A stretch of DNA of 59,776 nucleotides from Minisyncoccota bacterium (GTDB taxonomy: Bacteria > Patescibacteriota > Minisyncoccia > UBA6257 > HR35). Every line of letters starts with the position of its first letter. Position 1 is the first letter of the stretch. The position numbers and the translations under genes were made by a program. Shown here piece by piece: positions 27,520-37,522 of the stretch. The DNA lies in NCBI GenBank assembly GCA_937934285.1, contig CALHAT010000026.1:1-59776 (forward strand). Direction: 5' to 3'. Below the pieces are notes generated by a model. It saw only the letters and a program-made list of their open reading frames with translations, searched no databases and was not told the DNA's origin.

Positions 27520-29271
27520 TTAAACCTTAACAACCACAGGTAAAACAAGCGGCCTTCTTTTGGTCTTTTTGAAAAGAAATTCGGCGATTTCCTCTTTTAA
27601 ATTATACCTGATTTGCTCTTCTTGAATAATTGGTGATTCATCGCCTAAAAATCTAACATTTCTTTCAACAATTTTCCTTATTAAGTTTCTTACCTCTTGT
27701 AAAAGTTCTTTTGATTCCCGTAAATAAACAAAGCCTCGAGAAACAATATCCGGACTTGTTTTTAAAGTTCCGGTAGCTGAATCGATAGTAGTAACCACAA
27801 CGAACATTCCATCTTTAGCTAAATTCTGCCGATCACGCAGTACAACTTCCTGAACATCACCAACACCCAAGCCATCAACATAAACAGGATTAGCTGGAAC
27901 ATATCTATTAGTTAAATAGACTTTATCAGCGGTTACTTCAATAATTCTTCCGTTTTGGCTAATAATAACTTTTTCTTTGGGAATTCCCAAATTGACAGCA
28001 ATTTCTTCAGCTGCTTTTAGCATATAATAATAACCTTGCGAAGGAATAACATATTCAGGTTTAGTAATGTTTATCAAGAGTTTTAAGTCACCGGAAAAGC
28101 CATGACCTGAAGCATGAATATCCATCATTTGATAATGATAGATATAAGCTCCTTGTTTAGATAAATCGTCTTTTAATTCTTGAATAATTCTTTCGTTCCC
28201 TGGAATAACCGAAGATGAAAAGATAACCGTATCACCGGGAATAATTTTAAAGTAACGGTGCTGACCATTAGCAATTCTCATCAAAGCTGAGCTTTCTTCA
28301 GCTTGAGAACCAGTACAAATGATTGTTACCTGATGAGGGGGTAAACGAAAACTATCTTCGGGTCTAATCAAAATCCCCTTAGGAACTTGGAGATATTTTA
28401 AACGTCGGGCGATTTCAACAGCCATTTTCATTGACCTACCATCAAGAACAACTTTTCGACCATAAAGAGACGAAAGCCAAATAAGCTGTTGAACTCTTTC
28501 TAAAAGAGCCGAGAAGGTAGCAGCAATAATTCGACCTTTGGCTTTTCTAAAAATATCCTCTAAGTTTTCCATAATAACTTTTTCTGATTCAACAAAACCT
28601 GGCTGGGGTGCATTAGTCGCATCCATCATTAAAACTCTGACTCCCCTCATCGCTAATTTGGCAATTCTGAAAAGATCAGCTGGCTGATCGAAAACGGGAG
28701 AAAAATCAATTTTAAATTCACCAGCATATAAAATATTACCAACTGGGGTTTGAATAAAAAAACCAATCGTATCTGGAATATTATGATTTAGATGAAAATA
28801 ATCAATAATAAAAGAGCCGAGTTTAATTGTTTTATAATTATCTTTTCTTAATTCATAAATCTGCAATCTTGGTTGGTTAGGAAAATCAGCTTGTCTTTGT
28901 AAAATGAGACCCTTAGTTAGGGGTGCTGTATAAATTGGTGGATTGCCGATTCGATCAATAATGTAAGGAATACCTCCTATGTGATCAAAATGGCCATGAC
29001 TAATTAAAATACCTTTGATTTTTTCTTTATTTTCTTCTAAATATTCAGTATTGGGAATAATAAAATCAACACCGGGTAATTCCTCAAAAGCCGGAAATTC
29101 TAAACCAACATCAATAATAATAATTTCCTTATCGTTTAATTCTAAGACAGTCATATTCTTACCAACCTCTTCTAAACCGCCCAAGGGGATAATTTTAAGA
29201 TGACCTGGATAAGATTTATCTCTTTTTCTAATCTTTGATTGGGTTTCTTCTAAAATTAAAGTTTTTTCCAT
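27520..29271 (-). CDS. rnj: Ribonuclease J
   Basis: IPLGGLEEVGKNM, SHGHFDHIGG, IHASGH, PDIVSRGFVY. Confidence 0.96.
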   Translation of the reverse strand: MEKTLILEETQSKIRKRDKSYPGHLKIIPLGGLEEVGKNMTVLELNDKEIIIIDVGLEFPAFEELPGVDFIIPNTEYLEENKEKIKGILISHGHFDHIGGIPYIIDRIGNPPIYTAPLTKGLILQRQADFPNQPRLQIYELRKDNYKTIKLGSFIIDYFHLNHNIPDTIGFFIQTPVGNILYAGEFKIDFSPVFDQPADLFRIAKLAMRGVRVLMMDATNAPQPGFVESEKVIMENLEDIFRKAKGRIIAATFSALLERVQQLIWLSSLYGRKVVLDGRSMKMAVEIARRLKYLQVPKGILIRPEDSFRLPPHQVTIICTGSQAEESSALMRIANGQHRYFKIIPGDTVIFSSSVIPGNERIIQELKDDLSKQGAYIYHYQMMDIHASGHGFSGDLKLLINITKPEYVIPSQGYYYMLKAAEEIAVNLGIPKEKVIISQNGRIIEVTADKVYLTNRYVPANPVYVDGLGVGDVQEVVLRDRQNLAKDGMFVVVTTIDSATGTLKTSPDIVSRGFVYLRESKELLQEVRNLIRKIVERNVRFLGDESPIIQEEQIRYNLKEEIAEFLFKKTKRRPLVLPVVVKV

Positions 29272-29275
29272 TTTA

Positions 29276-29359
29276 TGTCGGAGGGGAGATTCGAACTCCC
29301 ACAGCTTTTCAGCTACGAGGCTCTGAACCTCGCGCGTCTGCCGATTCCGCCACTCCGAC
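29276..29359 (-). tRNA. tRNA-Leu(CAG)
   Basis: GTCGGAG acceptor stem, GGCGGAATCGGCAGACGC D arm, CGAGG-TTCAGAG-CCTCG, long variable arm, GTTCGAATC. Confidence 0.95.
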
Positions 29360-29365
29360 TAAACC

Positions 29366-29434
29366 GCGAACTGTTGCGAACTTTCTCGCGAACTTATGCG
29401 AACTTCATTATATTCTTGTCTGCGATTGTCTGCG
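29366..29434. repeat. Phased short repeats: GCGAACT x4 and TTGTCTGCG x2
   Basis: gcgaact at 29366, 29376, 29388, 29398; ttgtctgcg at 29416, 29426. Confidence 0.8.
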
Positions 29435-29443
29435 TTCATTAAT

Positions 29444-29884
29444 TTACTCTTCACTCATTTCAATATCTAAAATTTTACCCGAAGAATCAATTGTTGCTGT
29501 GGCATTTAAAATTCTTGAAAGACCGGTTGTTAAAGTTGCTTGGACTCTAATTTTTTTTGTTCCTGAAGCAACATCTAAAACAGTGTAATTAAAATAACCC
29601 TGAGGCATAAAAACTACAGCTGAACTGGTAGTAAAATTTGGATTTTGATTAATTTGATAAAGGGCATAACGTAGACCACTAATAGCTACTGATCTTAAAG
29701 AAACAAAATTACGAAAAACATAACCAAATTGTAAAGAAGTTGACGATAGGTTCCCTAATATTATAACTAAAAAAATAAATAAAATCAAGGTCAAGGTAGC
29801 GATAACAAAAATTATCTGGCCTTTTTGGAAAGTTAATCTCTGCTTATTCGAAAGGCAAAATAATTGCTGTTTCTCCTTCTTCAT
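29444..29884 (-). CDS. PilX-like minor pilin
   Basis: QKG|QIIFVIATLTL class III-like site without E+5; AISGLRYALYQI; start uncertain. Confidence 0.65.
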   Translation of the reverse strand: MKKEKQQLFCLSNKQRLTFQKGQIIFVIATLTLILFIFLVIILGNLSSTSLQFGYVFRNFVSLRSVAISGLRYALYQINQNPNFTTSSAVVFMPQGYFNYTVLDVASGTKKIRVQATLTTGLSRILNATATIDSSGKILDIEMSEE

Positions 29885-30737
29885 AAGTTCCCGCCGGTCC
29901 TTTGACCTTTAAATTAACTTTAAAACTTCGACCCGTTTTCGTAAATTTTAAATCCTGAAAAATAACTCGGGGATCAGAAATTAAATCAAGATAATAAACT
30001 GCAGGGTTCGTTTTAGCTAAATAAACTTTACCCGCTTGACCATCAAAAATAAGCCAACCGATCACTTCGTTCCAAGCATAACCATAAAGATAATTGTCTT
30101 TAACAATGACTTTATAATTTGAAGTTGGACAAATATTAACATCTTGACAATTAAAAGAAATCCAACCCACAACATCACTCCAAGCAAAACCGCGGAGTTG
30201 ATTTTGTTGATCTAAACAAACACCATACACCGGTTCACCAGAATCAGTATTTCTAAATTTTATCCAGCCAATATTTGGTGACCAAGCATAACCTGAAAAA
30301 GCATAAATAGCCGGTACCGAAGATCCGGAACTTATTTGACAACTAGATGAAGCTAAAAAACTAACATAATAGGTCGGACCATTAAAACTAATACTCCCGA
30401 CACTTAAATTATTAGCAAAACCTTTCACTCTTGAAGAAGATAGATCCAAATAAATTGGTTGGGTTAAAAAAATAACAACATTTTCATTTTTTTGAACAAA
30501 AACAATCTCCCAATCAGTTAAAATATCCAAGGATTTCGATCGGAAAATTTCTCGTTGAATTCTTAAAAAAATATTTCTTATTTCACTTCGCAAATCAACT
30601 TCTTCTCTTAAAACAAAATAATTTTTTAAAGCTTCATTTAAAATCGGGTAAGCAATACCAATAATCAAAGCAAACAAACCAAAATATAAAATAACCTCAA
30701 TTAAAGTGAAACCTTGATTTTTTTTAAAAGGCGACAT
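29844..30737 (-). CDS. Minor pilin with internal G(Y/F)AWxxxxGW repeats
   Basis: NQG|FTLIEVIL prepilin site; GYAWSPNIGWI, GFAWSDVVGWI, GYAWNEVIGWL. Confidence 0.85.
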   Translation of the reverse strand: MSPFKKNQGFTLIEVILYFGLFALIIGIAYPILNEALKNYFVLREEVDLRSEIRNIFLRIQREIFRSKSLDILTDWEIVFVQKNENVVIFLTQPIYLDLSSSRVKGFANNLSVGSISFNGPTYYVSFLASSSCQISSGSSVPAIYAFSGYAWSPNIGWIKFRNTDSGEPVYGVCLDQQNQLRGFAWSDVVGWISFNCQDVNICPTSNYKVIVKDNYLYGYAWNEVIGWLIFDGQAGKVYLAKTNPAVYYLDLISDPRVIFQDLKFTKTGRSFKVNLKVKGPAGTYEEGETAIILPFE

Positions 30738-31155
30738 TTAACTTTGGTAAAAGAAAATAATCTTCAATAATTAAATCAAGATATTTGGCGGTGGTAGTTA
30801 CAAATTTAATAGTATCAGTTGTATAATTATTTATTTTAAAACTAAAATAATAAATTTCATTGAAGGCGGTAATTTTTTCACTGCCGGTAGCAATTACCCA
30901 GTCATTTCCTGAAGCATAAAGGTAATAATCAGTAGTTGAAGCCAAAGAATCAATTAGTGACCAATTTGTCTTAGCTAAAGAAATTAAAGCATTACGATAT
31001 TTTTCGAAACTTGAAATAGCAATCGCCTGATTAAAAGTAGGGTATCTTTGGGAACGCTGTAAAAGACTCAAAAAAGCAGCTAAAATTCCTAAAATAACAA
31101 CCAAAAGTCCCAAACCAAGAACAACCTCAATTAAAAACTGGCCTTTATTTTTCAT
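30724..31155 (-). CDS. Minor pilin (PilV-like)
   Basis: [18 protein letters not shown] prepilin site with E+5. Confidence 0.8.
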   Translation of the reverse strand: MKNKGQFLIEVVLGLGLLVVILGILAAFLSLLQRSQRYPTFNQAIAISSFEKYRNALISLAKTNWSLIDSLASTTDYYLYASGNDWVIATGSEKITAFNEIYYFSFKINNYTTDTIKFVTTTAKYLDLIIEDYFLLPKLNVAF

Positions 31156-33284
31156 CTGATTTTGGCTACATTATTTGTTTGGATTATCATCTGAGAAATT
31201 TGTGGAGGGACGGGCTCATAATGAGAAAACTCCATCATACATGTTCCTCTTCCTTGGGTTAAAGATCTTAAAACCGTTACATAACCGAACATTTCTGCTA
31301 AAGGAGTGTAAGCCCGAATAACTTTCGTCATTCCTCGATCAAAAACTTCTTCAATCTTTGCTCTTCTTGAAGAAAGATCACCGGTAATATCACCCAAAAA
31401 TTCAGGTGGAATAACAATTTCTGTTTTCATAATTGGTTCTATTAAAATTGGGCTAGCTTGTTTAACTGCTTCTTGAAGAGCAATTGCTCCAGCAATTTTA
31501 AAAGCAATATCCGAAGAATCAACTTCATGATAAGAACCATCAAACAAAGTAATCCGAATGTCTTTAATTGGATAGCCCGCTAAAACTCCTTTTTCCATTG
31601 CTTCTTTAACACCCTTTTCAACTGAAGGAATAAAATTGTCGGGAATAATTCCGCCTTTAATAGCATTGATAAATTCAAAACCTTTACCTCTTTCTAAGGG
31701 TTCAACTTTTAACCAAACATGACCATACTGTCCTCGACCACCGCTTTGACGAATATATTTTCCTTCAGCAACGGCTTCTTTGGTTATTGTCTCTAAATAA
31801 GCAACTTGGGGTCTGCCAACATTAATTTCAACATTAAATTCTCTTTTGAGTCGATCGACTTTAATTTCTAAATGAAGCTCGCCCATTCCTCCAATTAAAA
31901 CATCACCGGTTTCTAAATTTTGAGTTAAACGGAAGGTTGGGTCTTCGTCCATTAAAGCTTTTAATGCTAAGCCCATTTTTTCCTGATCTTGTTTAGTTTT
32001 GGGTTCAACTCTCATCCAAATAACCGGTTCTGCAAATTCAATTTTTTCATAAATAATTGGTGCCTTGGGATCACAAAGAGTTTCACCGGTCTTTAATTCC
32101 TTAAGACCAACAATAGCACCAATATCACCGGCAAAAAGTTCTTCAATTTCTTCACGATGATTAGCATGCATCCGAGCGATTCTACCGATCCTTAGGGTTT
32201 GTCCGGTAGTTGAATTTAAAACAGTCATCCCACTTTTTAAAATACCGGAATAAACACGAATATAAGATAAAGTACCAACATAGGGATCAACGGCGATTTT
32301 AAAAACTAGTCCGGAAAATGGTTCATTGTCAGATGCTTTTCGTGAAGTTTTTTCATTGGTTAAAGGATTGTTTCCCTGAGGATCGGGTAAATCAAGAGGT
32401 GAAGGCAAAAAATCAACAACTCCATCTAAAAGAAGTTGAACACCTTTATTTTTTAAAGATGAACCACAAAAAACCGGGATAAATTCATATTTCAAGGTTG
32501 TTCTTCTAATTGCTTTTCGGATCTCTTCGTCGTTGAAATTATTAGCAAAATATTTTTCCATAAACTCTTCATCTCTTTCGGCTAATTTTTCTAATAAAAT
32601 ATTCCTCCATTTTTCAGCATATTCTTTTCTCGAAGGATCAATATCTTTTTTAACAATATCTTGACCTTTTTCACTTTCAAAATAAACCTCTTTCATCTCA
32701 ATTAAATCAATTACTCCTTGAAAATTTTCTTCTTGCCCGATAGGAATATTTACTAAAACAGCATCTTTTGATAACCTCTGATGAATAGAATTTAAAGAAA
32801 ACTCAAAATCAGCACCAATACGATCGAGTTTATTAATAAAACAAATTCGAGGTACTCTATATTTATCAGCTTGATGCCAAACTGTTTCTGATTGAGCCTC
32901 AACTCCTTGAACACCATCAAAAACAACCACAGCTCCATCTAAAACTCTTAAAGATCTTTCAACTTCAGCGGTAAAATCAACATGACCGGGAGTATCAATG
33001 ATATTAATTTTATATTCACCTTTAATTCTTTCTTCTTTTGTTTCAGCTTGCTTTAAATAACTTTGTGTCCAAAAGCAAGTTACAGCTGCTGAGGTAATTG
33101 TAATCCCCCTTTCTCTTTCTTGAGGCATCCAATCAGTAACTGTTGTTCCTTCATGAACTTCACCGATTTTATGAGAAATTCCCGTGTAATATAAAATCCT
33201 TTCAGTTGTGGTTGTTTTCCCAGCATCAATATGAGCAATAATTCCAATATTTCTTGTTTTTTCAATTGGATAGATTCGTGGCAT
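31152..33284 (-). CDS. fusA: Elongation factor G
   Basis: [47 protein letters not shown]; true start MPRIY at 33284. Confidence 0.98.
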   Translation of the reverse strand: MPRIYPIEKTRNIGIIAHIDAGKTTTTERILYYTGISHKIGEVHEGTTVTDWMPQERERGITITSAAVTCFWTQSYLKQAETKEERIKGEYKINIIDTPGHVDFTAEVERSLRVLDGAVVVFDGVQGVEAQSETVWHQADKYRVPRICFINKLDRIGADFEFSLNSIHQRLSKDAVLVNIPIGQEENFQGVIDLIEMKEVYFESEKGQDIVKKDIDPSRKEYAEKWRNILLEKLAERDEEFMEKYFANNFNDEEIRKAIRRTTLKYEFIPVFCGSSLKNKGVQLLLDGVVDFLPSPLDLPDPQGNNPLTNEKTSRKASDNEPFSGLVFKIAVDPYVGTLSYIRVYSGILKSGMTVLNSTTGQTLRIGRIARMHANHREEIEELFAGDIGAIVGLKELKTGETLCDPKAPIIYEKIEFAEPVIWMRVEPKTKQDQEKMGLALKALMDEDPTFRLTQNLETGDVLIGGMGELHLEIKVDRLKREFNVEINVGRPQVAYLETITKEAVAEGKYIRQSGGRGQYGHVWLKVEPLERGKGFEFINAIKGGIIPDNFIPSVEKGVKEAMEKGVLAGYPIKDIRITLFDGSYHEVDSSDIAFKIAGAIALQEAVKQASPILIEPIMKTEIVIPPEFLGDITGDLSSRRAKIEEVFDRGMTKVIRAYTPLAEMFGYVTVLRSLTQGRGTCMMEFSHYEPVPPQISQMIIQTNNVAKIR

Positions 33285-33285
33285 T

Positions 33286-33777
33286 TTATTTTTGTTGTTT
33301 TCTTCCCCACCAACCAAAATGAGCAAAAGCTTTGTTAGTTTCAGCTAATTTATGCATCTCAATTTTCTTCTTATAAGCATCACCCTCTTCATTAAAAGCA
33401 GCAATTATTTCTTCAGCCAATTTTTCAGACATCGGTTTCCCTTTTTTATTTCGAGCTGCTTCAATAATCCATTTAACTGCTTTTTGAAACCTTCGTTCAC
33501 TTCTTACTTGCCGGGGAACCAAAAAAGTTGCTCCCCCAATTCTTCTTGGCCAAACCTCAACAACTGGGGCAACATTTTTTAAAGCTGATTGAAAAACTTT
33601 TAAAGGATTTTGACCTGTCTTTTCCTTAACAAGTTCCATTGCTTTGTAAAAAATTTTCATAGCTTTTTCTTTTTTACCATCTCTCATTAAATTATTAATA
33701 AACCTTGTAACAATAACGCTATTATAGAGCGGATCAGGATTCCAATGCCTTTTAATTTTCACTCTTTTTCTTGGCAT
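33286..33777 (-). CDS. rpsG: 30S ribosomal protein S7
   Basis: [37 protein letters not shown]. Confidence 0.97.
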   Translation of the reverse strand: MPRKRVKIKRHWNPDPLYNSVIVTRFINNLMRDGKKEKAMKIFYKAMELVKEKTGQNPLKVFQSALKNVAPVVEVWPRRIGGATFLVPRQVRSERRFQKAVKWIIEAARNKKGKPMSEKLAEEIIAAFNEEGDAYKKKIEMHKLAETNKAFAHFGWWGRKQQK

Positions 33778-34190
33778 TATTCTTTTGGTTTTTTAGCACC
33801 ATAAAGAGAACGGCCTTGTCTTCTTCCTTCAACACCACTGGCATCATAAACGCCCCGGACAATATGATATCGAACTCCCGGCAAATCTTTGACTCGACCA
33901 CCTCTGACAAGAACAATTGAGTGCTCTTGCAAATTATGACCAATTCCTGGAATGTAAGCAGTTACCTCAACACCATTTGACAATCTCACCTTAGCGACTT
34001 TTCTTAAGGCTGAATTTGGTTTTTTAGGGGTTGTCGTATAAACTCTAAGACAGACACCTTTTTTAAAGGGTGCCGGTAAATATCTTTCTTTTCTTTTTAA
34101 ACTATTATAATAAAAAAGCAAAGCTGGCGATCTCGATCTTTTCTTAATCTTACTTCTTCCCTTTTTGACTAATTGATTAACTGTCGGCAT
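33777..34190 (-). CDS. rpsL: 30S ribosomal protein S12
   Basis: [33 protein letters not shown]. Confidence 0.98.
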   Translation of the reverse strand: MPTVNQLVKKGRSKIKKRSRSPALLFYYNSLKRKERYLPAPFKKGVCLRVYTTTPKKPNSALRKVAKVRLSNGVEVTAYIPGIGHNLQEHSIVLVRGGRVKDLPGVRYHIVRGVYDASGVEGRRQGRSLYGAKKPKE

Positions 34191-34196
34191 TTTTTT

Positions 34197-34205
34197 ATTA
34201 TATCA
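34197..34205 (-). promoter_or_regulatory. Extended -10 (TGATATAAT) 6 nt upstream of rpsL ATG
   Basis: Minus strand reads TGA-TATAAT-AAAAAA-ATG. Confidence 0.6.
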
Positions 34206-34260
34206 TAAAAATAAAAAAATTTTAATTTTAGGCGGTGGTTTTGGTGGTTTAAGTGAATGA

Positions 34261-34452
34261 TTAAACTTTAATTTTGCCTTTTAAGATAAGTTTCCGGCAA
34301 TCTTTACAAACTAAAAACTTTTTACCTTGAAAATTCAAAATCTGCAAATTTGGTTTTTGAAAATATTTTTTAACCGGGTTAAATTTTCCTCTTAATTTTT
34401 TTCTTTTAATAGCTTTTTTTCTATTTTTACCACAAATTTGACAAACCTTCAT
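34261..34452 (-). CDS. rpmB: 50S ribosomal protein L28 (Zn-binding form)
   Basis: CQICGK...KPNLQ...VCKDCRK. Confidence 0.85.
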   Translation of the reverse strand: MKVCQICGKNRKKAIKRKKLRGKFNPVKKYFQKPNLQILNFQGKKFLVCKDCRKLILKGKIKV

Positions 34453-35769
34453 TTAGAAACTATATCTTAATCGGACCTCATTTTCGAAAACTATTTCTTC
34501 TTGAATTAATTTTATTTCTGGAAAAGTTTGGTTAATTTGGGATTTGATTGTTTCTAAATTTTCTTTTTTAACCCTTAAAGAAAAAGTAATTTTGTTTAAA
34601 TTATCAAAGTCAAGCTTTTCGAAATCACTAAAATTTATTACTTCTTTTATTTTAACAAAATTTTCTAAAATTTGAGGATTAAAATTTTTAGCAATATCCA
34701 GAAGCTGATTTATTTGATTTTCTGCTTGTAATTGAAATGATGCTGGTTTTATTTTTTCTTTTAATTTATTTATTTCGTTCTGAAGTTTAAAGTTAAAATA
34801 TAAAAAAATTCCTGAACAAATTATAAAAATAGCAAAAATATAAGCCGAAAGAAAAATTATTATTGAAGTAAGATGGTTAAGAAAATAGGCTGAATATGGT
34901 TTAATTGGCAAAAAATCAATAAATTCCTGGTCCAAAAAAGTTTTTTCAAAAATCAACTTTGATCCTTCAATAAAAATTTCCGAAGGAGACTGATCAAAAA
35001 ATAATTGTTGATGAGATATTTCTGAAAAGGATGATAATTTATAGGCACTAAAAAATAAAATTTTTCCTTCGGTGGTGATATGAGGTTTTAAGAAATTATA
35101 AAAACGATAAATAACTATATTAAGATCGACTTGGTCTGGATTAATTTCTTCAACAATAACTTTTTCTATTCTTAAATTTTTAATTAGAAAAACAGTCATC
35201 AGTTCTTGGTCTATAAAGAAAACAAGATATTCATCGTTAAAATCAATGATTGAGTGAGCTAAAAGATATTGGAAAATTGCACTTAAAGAAGGAGTGATAA
35301 AGAGAGGTATTAAATTATATTTTTCAATAATCCTCAAAAGAGTGTCAATTATTTCTCGAGGGATAAAAGTCAGATTAAAATTAGAAATGGTTGGTTCTAA
35401 TCGATATTTATCCTCTTTATAAAAAAAAGTATATTTCTCGAGCGGTAAAGGAAAAGAAACCTTAATATAATTTAAAATTGCTTCGTAAGGATTAGCTACG
35501 CGTGGTAAAGTAATTTTCTGATACAAAACATTTGGCAGATTAAGAACAATTCCTAAAGTAGAAACTTTTTGTTTTTTTGCCAAAAAAGATAAGCCTTTTT
35601 CCAAATTTTCTTTTTGAAAAATACCTTGATTTAACAAATTCACCTCTATAACCTCAGAATCAATTATTTTTCCTGTTTTTTCAATTTTAAAATAGATAAT
35701 ACTGTTCCTATTTATCCAAATAAGATCATAAATTTTCTCCTTAAAAAATTCTATTTTTATCTTTTTCAT
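34453..35769 (-). CDS. Divergent PilM-like protein with C-terminal TM and PilN-like segment
   Basis: GIF...L..L, FPLPLEK, FIDFLP followed by a TM helix and coiled coil. Confidence 0.45.
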   Translation of the reverse strand: MKKIKIEFFKEKIYDLIWINRNSIIYFKIEKTGKIIDSEVIEVNLLNQGIFQKENLEKGLSFLAKKQKVSTLGIVLNLPNVLYQKITLPRVANPYEAILNYIKVSFPLPLEKYTFFYKEDKYRLEPTISNFNLTFIPREIIDTLLRIIEKYNLIPLFITPSLSAIFQYLLAHSIIDFNDEYLVFFIDQELMTVFLIKNLRIEKVIVEEINPDQVDLNIVIYRFYNFLKPHITTEGKILFFSAYKLSSFSEISHQQLFFDQSPSEIFIEGSKLIFEKTFLDQEFIDFLPIKPYSAYFLNHLTSIIIFLSAYIFAIFIICSGIFLYFNFKLQNEINKLKEKIKPASFQLQAENQINQLLDIAKNFNPQILENFVKIKEVINFSDFEKLDFDNLNKITFSLRVKKENLETIKSQINQTFPEIKLIQEEIVFENEVRLRYSF

Positions 35770-37304
35770 CTTTTAAACCATTGTTCTATCTTAACGAATC
35801 TTGCGCTGGGTTCAATAATATAAAATTCATTAAAATTATAAATATTTTTGTTTAAAAAATAAAGATATGCTGGATTTAATAAAAAAACATTGGTTTTTAA
35901 TTTAAGAATTTTTTTTTCGATTTCCAAAAGCTCCTCATTCCAATTAATTTTAGGATCGGAAATAATTTTTTGAAAATTTTTTTCTAAATCAATATTTTCT
36001 AAATTATTTAAATTTAAACCCGAAATTGAAAAAAAAGAAACAAGATTAGGCGGATGGGAAAAATTAAGACCCGTCAAGATCATCTCATAATCTTTATTTT
36101 TAATTATTTCTTTCAACATATCATTAGTAACAAACTCTATTTTTAAATTTAATTTATCACGTAAATAGCGGGCGATTTCTGGGTAAAAATAAGAAGAAGC
36201 AGTAATTAAGGTTCTTGTTGCTATTTCTTTAGTTTCGTCTTTGCCAAAATCAAAATCAATTTCTTTAAGGTTAAAAACCTTCCTTAATGTTTTTGAAAAA
36301 ATAGCCGGGCTTTCTTCAGCATAACCTTTGAAAATATCTTTGACCAAAAAATTGCGATTTATATTTTTTTCTAAGTAAACAATTTCTTCAACAGAAACTT
36401 TTTTACTATTACTGAAAATTCCAATCACTCTCGGTAAGACCATCTGATAAACTCGATAATTAAAAAAAAGATTAGATGGTAGATTAAAATAATTAACACC
36501 GGCTAAGCCATCAATTTCTTTTAAAAACAAGCCATCAAAGGCTCTCTTAGGATTAGGATAAATATAGAATATTATTTTATCTAAATAAGCTCTTACTGAA
36601 TAATTTTCATTTCTTTTTAAAATTAAATAAGAAATCGGGTCTGATTTGAGAAAATTATCCACAACAAAAGGACCTGAACCTATTCTCAAAAAATCTGGGA
36701 ATTTCAAATTATTACTAGTGAAAATTTTTTGAGGTAAAGGTTTTAGATATTTTAAATTATAAATAAAATAATTGTCATTATTAACAAGTTTAAATATAAA
36801 TTTCTTTTTATCTATAATCTCCATTTGGATATCTTTAAAAATAGCAGTAATCTCTCCTGGACCGTCTTTTTTTAAAACTTCCAAACCAAAAAATATATCC
36901 TCGGGGGTTAATTCACTACCATCACTCCACCTTAGGTTATCTTTAAGTTCAAAATTATATGTCAAACCATCAGAAGAAGAGTAATAGTTTTTTAAATACT
37001 TAGAAATTAATCGACCGTTATCAAACTCAACAAGCGGAGGGAAGACAATATCTAAAATTGCTTTTTGACTATCATTTTTAGGAAAAACTGGATTTAAAGA
37101 TTCAATTTCTTCATAAAGTCCTTCGCGATAAATACCACCATAGATTGGTTTAGTTGCTGAAATTTCGTTTATTTCTGAATTAGCTAAAAAAATAATAAAA
37201 ATTCCTAAAAAAAATAGTAAAAAAACTAAAAATTTCTCTTGGTTTAAAAGATATTTCTTAATTTTTAAAAAATAAATCTTTATAAAATTTTTCATTCTAA
37301 ACAA
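35766..37304 (-). CDS. Peptide ABC transporter substrate-binding protein (family 5)
   Basis: GGIYREG, LNPV, DGLTYNFELKDNLRWSDG..LT..D, IGSGPF. Confidence 0.88.
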   Translation of the reverse strand: MFRMKNFIKIYFLKIKKYLLNQEKFLVFLLFFLGIFIIFLANSEINEISATKPIYGGIYREGLYEEIESLNPVFPKNDSQKAILDIVFPPLVEFDNGRLISKYLKNYYSSSDGLTYNFELKDNLRWSDGSELTPEDIFFGLEVLKKDGPGEITAIFKDIQMEIIDKKKFIFKLVNNDNYFIYNLKYLKPLPQKIFTSNNLKFPDFLRIGSGPFVVDNFLKSDPISYLILKRNENYSVRAYLDKIIFYIYPNPKRAFDGLFLKEIDGLAGVNYFNLPSNLFFNYRVYQMVLPRVIGIFSNSKKVSVEEIVYLEKNINRNFLVKDIFKGYAEESPAIFSKTLRKVFNLKEIDFDFGKDETKEIATRTLITASSYFYPEIARYLRDKLNLKIEFVTNDMLKEIIKNKDYEMILTGLNFSHPPNLVSFFSISGLNLNNLENIDLEKNFQKIISDPKINWNEELLEIEKKILKLKTNVFLLNPAYLYFLNKNIYNFNEFYIIEPSARFVKIEQWFKR

Positions 37305-37500
37305 TTTTCAAAAGAGAAACCAAGACAAAAATCAAAATAAAAATCCATGTTAAATAAAATAATGTTTTCTCCAAACCCCGTCTTTTAAAAAAAAATTCTG
37401 TTTTAGTCCCAAACAAAACACCGCCTTCAGCTCCTCGTTGCTGAAATAAAACCAAAACAATAATTAAAATAGCTGAAAAAATTTGTATTACATCTAACAT
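37297..37500 (-). CDS. secG: Preprotein translocase subunit SecG
   Basis: LVLFQQRGAEGGVLFG...RRGLEKTL plus TM. Confidence 0.9.
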   Translation of the reverse strand: MLDVIQIFSAILIIVLVLFQQRGAEGGVLFGTKTEFFFKRRGLEKTLFYLTWIFILIFVLVSLLKIV

Positions 37501-37522
37501 AAATTAATTATATAATAAAATT
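37501..37522. promoter_or_regulatory. Overlapping back-to-back -10 boxes for secG and cysS
   Basis: CAT-N6-ATTATATAAT-N6-ATG: a TATAAT on each strand, 6 nt from each start codon. Confidence 0.65.
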
